Below are positions 30,868 through 38,549 of a stretch of DNA of 64,000 bases, piece after piece. Both the position numbers and the translations under genes were made by a program. The notes under the pieces were generated by a model that saw nothing but the letters and a program-made list of their open reading frames with translations, made no database searches and was not told the DNA's origin. The stretch covers positions 96,001-160,000 of the forward strand of contig CAWFFH010000005.1 in assembly GCA_963815095.1 (NCBI GenBank), read 5' to 3'. Positions within the stretch are counted from its first letter, which is position 1; each line of letters begins with the position of its first letter. The stretch is from Candidatus Bathyarchaeota archaeon (GTDB taxonomy: Archaea; Thermoproteota; Bathyarchaeia; Bathyarchaeales; Bathycorpusculaceae).

Positions 30868-32352
30868 ATAATCTTTCCTTTAAATAATGATGAAGACTTT
30901 GACTGCGACGCAATAGTGGTTGGTGCCGGACCTGCAGGATCCGGTGCGGCATATTATCTTGCAAATGCCGGTTACGATGTGATTATCATAGATAAATGCA
31001 AATTTCCCCGCGACAAAATCTGTGGTGACTTTGTTAGTCCAGTTTCACAAATTGAGCTTGCGAAACTTGGAGTTACTTGTTCCCATGAATTTAAGAATGC
31101 CAACCGAATCAGCAAAGCAGCAGTTTTTCTAGATGGTAACAAATTAGTATCTAGAGTTGTACCCAAAGTTCAAGGCTTGCCGCGTTATGGTCGTGTTTTT
31201 CCTCGCGTCCTTTTGGATAAACTTGTATTGGATTCAGCGTGCAATCAGGGAGCTGTTTTCTTGGATAGGTTGAAGGCTGTAGATATGCGCATGAAGCACA
31301 GGAGTGTTGAGTTAGACGCAGAGGGATCAGATGGCAAAAGAACCTTGAAGGCTCGTTTAGTGATTGGTGCAGATGGGAGTAATTCAACTATAGCCAGAAT
31401 ACTAAGAGGGCCACCTTCTAGTGCAGATAGAATCATTGCTATACGCGGATACTTCACCGATGTTGAAGGGCCATCTGACCAGGCTGACCTTCACTTTAAC
31501 AAAGAGAGTTTTCCCGGTTACTGCTGGCTCTTCCCCACAGGCAGGAACCAAGCTAACGTTGGGGTTGGAGTAGTCTTAGATACGATACCAGCTGGTAATC
31601 GCCTTAAGGAACTTCTAAATCACCTTATCAAGAACAACGAACCATTGAACAAGAGACTTAAAAATGCAAAATTAGTTGGGCAAATAGGTGGATGGCCATT
31701 AACAACCTATAATCCAAGCCAGCCATTGATTGAAAACCGAGTCATGCTGGTTGGTGACGCGGCAGGTTTAGTTAATCCATTAAATGGAGAAGGGATTCAA
31801 TACGCACTTCTCAGCGGAAGATGGGCATCTGAAACTGCGCTTTCTTGTTTGAGGGCAAACGTTTTTTCAAAAAATGCTTTGGCAGCGTACACAGAAACTG
31901 TTGACAGGGAACTTCGGTATGGGATGTCTCTTGCATCTCTAATTGTTCAATTAATTCGGAATCGTAGCTTTAGCCCGATTTGGCTGCGCTCGTTGGAATT
32001 AATGGCGGCGCGTTCACGAATTGATTCAAACTACGCAGATATAGTTGGAGGTATTCTTATGGGAACTGTACCTCAAAACGAAGTGACCAACTTAGAGGTA
32101 GTTCGAGGAACAATTGAGCAGGCAATTTTATCCACTGGTTTGACCAATTGGTTTGAGTTGATTCAGGACCCAAGTTCGTTGGCTAGATCCGCTTTGGATG
32201 CTTTTCAAACGAGCTTTGCATTGGCTGCTCAGTTGTCGCAAAATCCTTCTGCCTTTATGGATTGGGCTTTCAAATCAGTTTCTAGCGCAATCAACGTTGC
32301 ACTTTCATCTTCCAATTATTCGGAAAGCTCTCACAAAGCATATCAGATCTAG
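30868..32352 (+). CDS. geranylgeranyl reductase family FAD oxidoreductase with C-terminal helical extension
   Basis: DAIVVGAGPAG, FPRDKICGD, GADG, GYCWLFP, VGDAAGLVNPLNGEGI; frame open from 30868 but the first canonical start is GTG 30916. Confidence 0.92.
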   Translation: MIFPLNNDEDFDCDAIVVGAGPAGSGAAYYLANAGYDVIIIDKCKFPRDKICGDFVSPVSQIELAKLGVTCSHEFKNANRISKAAVFLDGNKLVSRVVPKVQGLPRYGRVFPRVLLDKLVLDSACNQGAVFLDRLKAVDMRMKHRSVELDAEGSDGKRTLKARLVIGADGSNSTIARILRGPPSSADRIIAIRGYFTDVEGPSDQADLHFNKESFPGYCWLFPTGRNQANVGVGVVLDTIPAGNRLKELLNHLIKNNEPLNKRLKNAKLVGQIGGWPLTTYNPSQPLIENRVMLVGDAAGLVNPLNGEGIQYALLSGRWASETALSCLRANVFSKNALAAYTETVDRELRYGMSLASLIVQLIRNRSFSPIWLRSLELMAARSRIDSNYADIVGGILMGTVPQNEVTNLEVVRGTIEQAILSTGLTNWFELIQDPSSLARSALDAFQTSFALAAQLSQNPSAFMDWAFKSVSSAINVALSSSNYSESSHKAYQI

Positions 32353-32417
32353 TTTTGGCTTGAAAGAATTCTCAAGACTGAATAGAGAAAGGTTATCTAT
32401 GATTTCTCATAAATAAG

Positions 32418-33461
32418 ATGGTGATGGTTCAACGGTTGAGCGAAACAACTCTTTCTGCAATGAGGAAAAAAGTCAACGATCGTATGCAATACTACCTTAA
32501 AAGAAACTTTGGACCAAAAACGTTAGCCTACGATCTCTTAGCTGACTATCCGACTAGACCTGGGAAAGGAATACGTCCTCTCCTATGTCTTGCAGCGGCG
32601 GCTTCAGTTGGCGGCGACTACAACAATGCAATCGATACAGCTACTTCAATCGAACTTCTTCATAATTCTTTTTTAATAAAGGATGATATTGTTGATCAGT
32701 CGATCTATCGCCGAGGCGATCTTACATTGAATCGAAAGTATGGTCTTGCTTTGGCAGCAAACGCTGGCGACGCTGTGAAAATCCTGGCGATGTCTCCGTT
32801 AATCGACAACTTATCGTCGATTGGCGTACGCAAATCACTGCAGATTATTTTGGAAATCCAGGAAACAGCGCGACGAAGTGTTGAGGGGCAAATAAAAGAA
32901 TTGACATTCGTTAAAGATAACAGGGTAGATTTGACGCCTGAAGATTACTTCAGCATTTGCGAAAACAAAACATGCTGGTACACAATCATCACTCCCTGCC
33001 GAACGGGGATAATCATAGGTTTAGATGAAGCGACTCCAAAACAGTTAGATGCAATAACTAGATACTCTCTCTATACTGGAATAGCCTTCCAAATAACTGA
33101 TGATACACTCAACCTAACAGCTTCACAGAATCTTTACGGCAAAGAAATCGACGGCGATATTCTAGAGGGAAAAAGAACACTGATGCTCATACACACCCTC
33201 AACTCCAGCGATGCCGAGGAGAGAAGTCGTATTCAAAAAATCTTAGCAAAGCCTCGAGATGTCAAAACAGAGACCGACATTGAATACATTCGAGGTCTAA
33301 TGCAAAAATACGAAGCTATAGAGTACGCTGTGAAAATAGCAAAACAATTCGCAAGTAAAGCCAGGACCGTTTTGTTAAATGAATGTGACTGGATGATTGA
33401 AAAAAAGTGGAAAGACTTTTTTCTTGAACAGACCAATTACCTTGTTCAGCGGAAAAAATAA
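32418..33461 (+). CDS. polyprenyl diphosphate synthase family protein
   Basis: GKGIRP, FARM KDDIVD..RRG, GQ, KT, SARM FQITDDTLN, GDILEGKRT. Confidence 0.92.
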   Translation: MVMVQRLSETTLSAMRKKVNDRMQYYLKRNFGPKTLAYDLLADYPTRPGKGIRPLLCLAAAASVGGDYNNAIDTATSIELLHNSFLIKDDIVDQSIYRRGDLTLNRKYGLALAANAGDAVKILAMSPLIDNLSSIGVRKSLQIILEIQETARRSVEGQIKELTFVKDNRVDLTPEDYFSICENKTCWYTIITPCRTGIIIGLDEATPKQLDAITRYSLYTGIAFQITDDTLNLTASQNLYGKEIDGDILEGKRTLMLIHTLNSSDAEERSRIQKILAKPRDVKTETDIEYIRGLMQKYEAIEYAVKIAKQFASKARTVLLNECDWMIEKKWKDFFLEQTNYLVQRKK

Positions 33462-33478
33462 ATACGTTAACATGTTAC

Positions 33479-33913
33479 ATGGAAGTGGAGATAACGGTGA
33501 GCGACCAAACAACAAAAAAAACAAACGCAAAAGCCAAACATGCGACTGAGGCAAACCCTAAAACAGTTATGCCTAACCCAAAAACGGTTCAGAAAGCCGT
33601 AGACCAAATTGTAAATACACTAAACAACCCCGAATACAAAGACCAACTAACCAAGTTGACTCAAGCTTCAGTTAACACCACAGTTCAGACAGCCCAGAGA
33701 TTTAGTAAAGCTACTACAAAAATGAGTAAACTAAACAACGAAGAAATGACTGAATTAGTCAGCAACTCAGTTAGCGACATGATGCGCCTCTACATTCAGT
33801 TTAACTCTGAGCTTCTAACCCTCATCCAAAAAGTTTCAAACCGAGCAGTAGATATTATAGAAAAAGCAACACCAACATCAGAAGAAACTCCCACTGAGCA
33901 GTTAGCCCAATGA
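33479..33913 (+). CDS. hypothetical amphipathic alpha-helical protein (start possibly GTG 33497)
   Basis: helical heptad pattern, no TM; ATGA overlap with the next gene. Confidence 0.7.
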   Translation: MEVEITVSDQTTKKTNAKAKHATEANPKTVMPNPKTVQKAVDQIVNTLNNPEYKDQLTKLTQASVNTTVQTAQRFSKATTKMSKLNNEEMTELVSNSVSDMMRLYIQFNSELLTLIQKVSNRAVDIIEKATPTSEETPTEQLAQ

Positions 33914-35037
33914 CTTTATACCGTGTAGAAGACACGGCCAGCGTTGATGCTTTCACATTACCATCACTTTTCGACATAAAAGCTAGGTTCTATCAGGAAT
34001 GGCATGATTTCGTTTTCTTTGACCGAAAAACAGGCATATTTGGTTTGCTAAACTTTGGAGTTCATGGAAACCCTTATGACTCCAAACGTGGATGGGGCTC
34101 AGTTCTTTCCTACATTGTAGATCCAACTCAAAAGATATTTTCTGAACTAAAGCTAATTCCCATGAGTCAACTCCACGTTACATCATTCACCCCCAACTTT
34201 ATCGGAGACAACTTCTCAGTGGTTCTCTTGAAGAACAATTCATTTGACGTTATAGGAAAGATGGAAAAGACTTCTTTTGACCTAAACTTTAAGGTTGTTT
34301 CACCGCCTGTAACTGACAAAGACATATTCATGGAAGTTCTAAAGGAGCAAAATCCCAATTCGAAAATGCTGTTGGCTGCCCAAGAGATGAATCGCCAATG
34401 GGAAAGTTGGGTTGAGCTGCCAAGATTATTCGTTAAAGGCAAATTAGAAATTAACAAGAAGACTTACTCAATTAAGACTAATCAGGGATATCAGGATCAT
34501 GAAGGTGGATGCTTCGACATTGGGATGACTTGGGGTTGGGATACCGGCGTAATCTTTTGTGATCCACTTGCTGTTGATGAACCTGGACGAGTCGATTTTC
34601 TTATTTACCGCTATGGTCCTTCAAACGATTTTTCATACGGCGGCGTATTCCTTGAAACAAAAGATGGAAAAAGGCAATTCTTCGACAATTCCAAGATGAA
34701 AATCACTTCTACAGGAAGCTTCAATGGTAGCCTAAGCATTATGCCTGCAATAACACAAATACTCTACCCAGATTACCGCCCCTCCCTTCCGAAAAACAGA
34801 ACATTTTCAGTCACCAAAGGGACCGACAAACTTGAAGTTGTTTTTACTCCAAAAGCCGTTTGTAGCATAGTCAACACCAGCATCGTGACTTCTTCAGAAA
34901 TTGTTTTTAATGAAATGTTCTGTGAAGCACATCTAACTGCAGAAGTTGCAGGCAATACCTACGAGAGCGTTCTTCCATGTTGGTATGAATCTGTTCGACC
35001 AAGAAAGAGAGTGGAAAACTATGCCATTGACGCTTGA
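33910..35037 (+). CDS. CrtC/tocopherol-cyclase-like beta-barrel protein
   Basis: QEWHDFVFFD and GYQDHEGG...WGW resemble the EWWYF and YHDHNWG motifs of that fold; beta-rich. Confidence 0.6.
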   Translation: MTLYRVEDTASVDAFTLPSLFDIKARFYQEWHDFVFFDRKTGIFGLLNFGVHGNPYDSKRGWGSVLSYIVDPTQKIFSELKLIPMSQLHVTSFTPNFIGDNFSVVLLKNNSFDVIGKMEKTSFDLNFKVVSPPVTDKDIFMEVLKEQNPNSKMLLAAQEMNRQWESWVELPRLFVKGKLEINKKTYSIKTNQGYQDHEGGCFDIGMTWGWDTGVIFCDPLAVDEPGRVDFLIYRYGPSNDFSYGGVFLETKDGKRQFFDNSKMKITSTGSFNGSLSIMPAITQILYPDYRPSLPKNRTFSVTKGTDKLEVVFTPKAVCSIVNTSIVTSSEIVFNEMFCEAHLTAEVAGNTYESVLPCWYESVRPRKRVENYAIDA

Positions 35038-35419
35038 ACAGTTTTTGAATGAGTTGCTAGCGTTGATGAAACAAGATTATCCTCGTCATTTTCAAAGAAT
35101 GGTCGCTGATTCAAAAGGTTTGACTTGGTTTCAAACACTTGACAATGAAAAAACTTTGATTCGAGTCATAGTCGATGATGTTGTTATCGGTTGTCAAAAT
35201 TTGCCAAAGAATGTTAATGTTCAAATAAATCTCACTAGAAAGTCTTTGTTTGATCTTCTTGAAGGCAAAATAACTCTTGATAAAGCGCTTCAAACCAAAG
35301 AAGTTGAAGCCTTTGGCGAACCAGCCACACTACTAAAGTGCTACAGAATTTTTGAGCAGATCTTGCTACTTTCGAGATTGTCGCCTCGTTTTTATTTCCT
35401 GACATATAGATTACGGTAA
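35021..35419 (+). CDS. SCP2 sterol/lipid-carrier-like protein
   Basis: LFDLLEGKITLDKALQTKEVEAFG matches the SCP2 C-terminal pattern; overlaps the upstream stop. Confidence 0.7.
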   Translation: MPLTLEQFLNELLALMKQDYPRHFQRMVADSKGLTWFQTLDNEKTLIRVIVDDVVIGCQNLPKNVNVQINLTRKSLFDLLEGKITLDKALQTKEVEAFGEPATLLKCYRIFEQILLLSRLSPRFYFLTYRLR

Positions 35420-35551
35420 GACATTTCTTGGGCATGCAAAGATGATCTTTTTTCCAACATCATTGAAACCAAGTTATCGCTTGTGTAGTTTAATCAGACT
35501 TAACACAAACGATAAATAACAATAATCCTCTATAGAAATGGGGCTGAGTAA

Positions 35552-36745
35552 TTGAGCAATAGCTCGAAAACAAAAAAACTTTTAGACGCTAAAGAAATAA
35601 TCACTGATAAAAAAGCAAACGCAGTCATTGCGTCACAAAATGACAAAATTTGTATTCCTATTCCAAAGATGGAAACGCAAAAAGTCTGCGTGAATCTACC
35701 AAAAATAGAAGTAGACACTCAAAAAGTTTGTTTTGATCTACCTAAAATCCCAATCAAAGGTTGCGATTGTCCTCCACCTCAGATGCGTTGTAGTCGGGAA
35801 GAAAAAGTCACAACCCGTGCCGTCATACCAAAATCCGAAATTGCATCCAGCATTGGCGGACCTCTTACTATTGCTGAAATAGAAATTGGAGAAGTATCGA
35901 TTCCCAATTTGCGGTTAAAAAACTTTAGTGGGAAATTCACGTACGATTCCTGCAAAGCAAAAAATGTGGAATTGGAGATTACCCTATCTATTAGTACAAC
36001 ATTTTCCGGCAACATTGATTTACCTTGGCCTATCTGTTGGTCAGACTTTTGCTATGGCGTTTCAGGTGGGGTAGATTTTGATTCATATGTTGAGAAACAC
36101 TCTCTGGGGGACATTTTGTTTGGCGCAGGGCAATTTTCTATGCTTTCTCCATCAACAAACATTGGACCTTTCTCAATGACACCTGATCCTATAAGAGAAA
36201 CTAAAATTGATGAAGTAACCGCCAAAAATATCCAAATGAAATGTACCAGCATTCCACTTGATACCCCTCTAGGCATCAACATTGGACTTTGCCTTCCAAT
36301 ACCCAATCCTATGGGTCCAAATGATATAGCAACTGATCTAACAAGCATTGACGAAATGGATTCAACTGGAATTTCAAGCCCGCAAGCATCAATGAAAAAT
36401 ATAACTGCCTTAAATGTTAATATTCCGTCTGTTACTACTCAAGGCTTTGAAGCTCAATCATCAACTGCAATTACAATATCAACTTCTAAACAAATGTATG
36501 GAACAGGAGTTACCCTTAAGGGTGACGCAGACAGAGCCCACATCACAGGCGTATTAACTCTTCATGTTAGCAACACGATAATGAGAGTCAAAGGCGGCTT
36601 AGAATTTAAAAACGTAAATGGCTCAGTTACAACAGATTCAGCGATTGCAGACAAACTTGACCTAAACTTGGTTTTAAAAGGCATCAAAATTAAGGGGCTA
36701 AACCTATGTGGCATGAAAATCCCGGAGATAGAGGTGGTAATGTAA
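35552..36745 (+). CDS. hypothetical elongated beta-strand-rich protein with Cys-containing N-terminal repeats
   Basis: 397 aa; long runs of alternating hydrophobic residues; no signal peptide or TM. Confidence 0.8.
   Translation: MSNSSKTKKLLDAKEIITDKKANAVIASQNDKICIPIPKMETQKVCVNLPKIEVDTQKVCFDLPKIPIKGCDCPPPQMRCSREEKVTTRAVIPKSEIASSIGGPLTIAEIEIGEVSIPNLRLKNFSGKFTYDSCKAKNVELEITLSISTTFSGNIDLPWPICWSDFCYGVSGGVDFDSYVEKHSLGDILFGAGQFSMLSPSTNIGPFSMTPDPIRETKIDEVTAKNIQMKCTSIPLDTPLGINIGLCLPIPNPMGPNDIATDLTSIDEMDSTGISSPQASMKNITALNVNIPSVTTQGFEAQSSTAITISTSKQMYGTGVTLKGDADRAHITGVLTLHVSNTIMRVKGGLEFKNVNGSVTTDSAIADKLDLNLVLKGIKIKGLNLCGMKIPEIEVVM
35645..35749 (+). repeat. three imperfect intragenic repeats K-[IV]-C-x-x-[IL]-P-K
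   Basis: KICIPIPK / KVCVNLPK / KVCFDLPK; DNA acgcaaaaagtctgcgtgaatctaccaaaaata vs actcaaaaagtttgttttgatctacctaaaatc. Confidence 0.75.
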
Positions 36746-37026
36746 TGAGCAGAAGCCTAAGCGACAAACCAAAGCTAAAGATTGAGGAAATTGCAAAAAG
36801 AGAAAAAATAATGAAATCAGTAATGGATCAGAAAAGAACCGGAAAAATCGATATAAAAGCCACCTTTGACTTGATACATCTTAGCATCTATCCACTTTTG
36901 GAAAACCGCGAAGCGGTGGAAGAAGACATGAAGCAGCTCAAAAAAATGCTCGATGAAACAGCATGCCGTATTTGTGAAATAATCGATAAATCAAAAAGAA
37001 AAACCCAAAATAATACACCACAATAA
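36745..37026 (+). CDS. small basic helical hypothetical protein with CxxC
   Basis: TAATG coupling to the upstream gene, GAGGTG RBS, CRIC. Confidence 0.7.
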   Translation: MSRSLSDKPKLKIEEIAKREKIMKSVMDQKRTGKIDIKATFDLIHLSIYPLLENREAVEEDMKQLKKMLDETACRICEIIDKSKRKTQNNTPQ

Positions 37027-37282
37027 CCAAAAATAACGCTAACTTCAAGATTTCTATTCTTTTTTAACTTAGATTCCTACTAAATTTTCCAAAATTATGT
37101 CCTTTGAAGTTCAAACCCTGATTTTCTTTTGTTTGTCTGGACTATAACTAATTTTTCAGCGGACAATTTTTTGGGCGTATAACCAACTATCATGAGTGTT
37201 AATGAGCTGGTTACACCGACTATCTGTATTACTCTCAATTCTATTATTTCTTTTAGTTTATTCAGGATCTGGAGCTTTTATT

Positions 37283-37461
37283 TGGTGGGGCCGGCCGGAT
37301 TTGAACCGACGACCTTTACCCAACAATGGCGCATAGTCCAAAGTTTACGGGTTTCTCTATGACCGCTCCGGAAATTCGTCATTCTCCTCGCGGAGTCAGC
37401 AAACCCGTTATATGGTGTTGCTTCTGGAGCCCGTCGTCATACCTGTCTAGACTACGACCCC
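37283..37461 (-). tRNA. tRNA-Trp(CCA) with two introns (37/38: 37423-37353, 71 nt; 43/44: 37346-37316, 31 nt)
   Basis: GGGGTCG/CGGCCCC-A-CCA acceptor; ACGGG-CTCCAG^A-CCCGT^AGGTC; GTCGGTTCAAATCCGGC T-arm. Confidence 0.9.
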
Positions 37462-37558
37462 ACCCTGCTAGGCAGTAACCAAATAGTTTACCTGCATCCA
37501 TAAAAATATTTCATTAACGCCTCAGCACTTCTAACAAGGCAAAGAAAACTGTGGAAAA

Positions 37559-37891
37559 CTATTTGATTGAAACTAACTCAAATTTTTTGAGTAGAGACCC
37601 AGATTGCTTCATAAATTGTAGGCTATGGCGAAGTTTTGTATCGTTCAATGAAAGTTCTGTTAGCTCCCTCTCAAGGTCGCTGCTAAGTTGACCAGTAAAC
37701 ACTTTGATGGTTGCACGGTAAATCTTCGCTTTTTTTATCTTACCCAAATCAAGCCCCTCCGCAGCATCCAAACAGAAAGGAACCCCGTCATCAATGTTCT
37801 GCGCATCAAGATGACGCTCCTGAAGATTAACCTTGATAACACGAATACGCCTCACAACAGACTCAGTAAACTTCCACTCAGGGCTAGACAT
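37559..37891 (-). CDS. hypothetical protein
   Basis: 110-aa ORF with ATG start, no recognised motif. Confidence 0.6.
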   Translation of the reverse strand: MSSPEWKFTESVVRRIRVIKVNLQERHLDAQNIDDGVPFCLDAAEGLDLGKIKKAKIYRATIKVFTGQLSSDLERELTELSLNDTKLRHSLQFMKQSGSLLKKFELVSIK

Positions 37892-38340
37892 ATTTCATCA
37901 ACATTCTCAAACAACAAACTTCCATTTTTACTTAACTGAATATAGACAGTAATCCGCTCTCGAAGAATACCCAAAAATTATTTCGTTAATTTAAAAAGAG
38001 TTTTTTGGTTCCGCCCAGTTATGACCAATTCCCCAACCAACAGTTGTAACAACAATCAATATTAAACCAAAAAAGCAGCTGAAGAAGTTGCTGCTGCAAC
38101 AACGATCTGCAAATCAAAGTTGCATCTACCAAGCCAAACCAGTTTTCCCTAAAAGAGACGTAGGTCAGTATTGGCGATTTCTGCCCGCACTAACCTATTA
38201 AAAATCATGATTAAAACCCCTGCAAGAAATCGTTGAATACACAAATCAATGGTGCTGTCCATGAAAAACCGCTATCAAACGCGCATCTTTCAAAAACTAA
38301 ACACAAGGTATATATGGGATTGTATTGCAGTTATGTTTCG

Positions 38341-38459
38341 TCTGCCGGTCAAAGGGCACGGGTTCCACCTGATCCCATTCCGAACTCAGAAGTTAAACCG
38401 TGTTCCGTTTCCAGCTGTAGTGTGGTCTTAGGCCACGTGAACCTGGGAAAGCTGGCAAC
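38341..38459 (+). rRNA. rrf: 5S rRNA (unlinked)
   Basis: CACCTGATCCCATTCCGAACTCAGAAGTTAAAC core; TGCCGG/CTGGCA terminal helix. Confidence 0.95.
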
Positions 38460-38549
38460 ATTTCTACTTATCCCTAAATTCTTCGGTGCAATTTGGCATA
38501 GCCTTATATCTAACCGAAAGTAGTTTTTGAAAGAAGTGGTGCACAAACA

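Noticed and set aside
30100-37283. Genomic island integrated at tRNA-Trp with att repeats
   Set aside because: No copy of the tRNA 3' end found near 30.1-30.9 kb and no integrase; adjacency alone is not enough
37985-38135. Hydrophobic fragments on the minus strand between the 110-aa gene and 5S rRNA
   Set aside because: Interrupted by stops with no start; at most a decayed membrane-protein tail
38233-38546. ORFs 38233-38523, 38249-38431 and 38349-38546
   Set aside because: They overlap the 5S rRNA gene and are spurious
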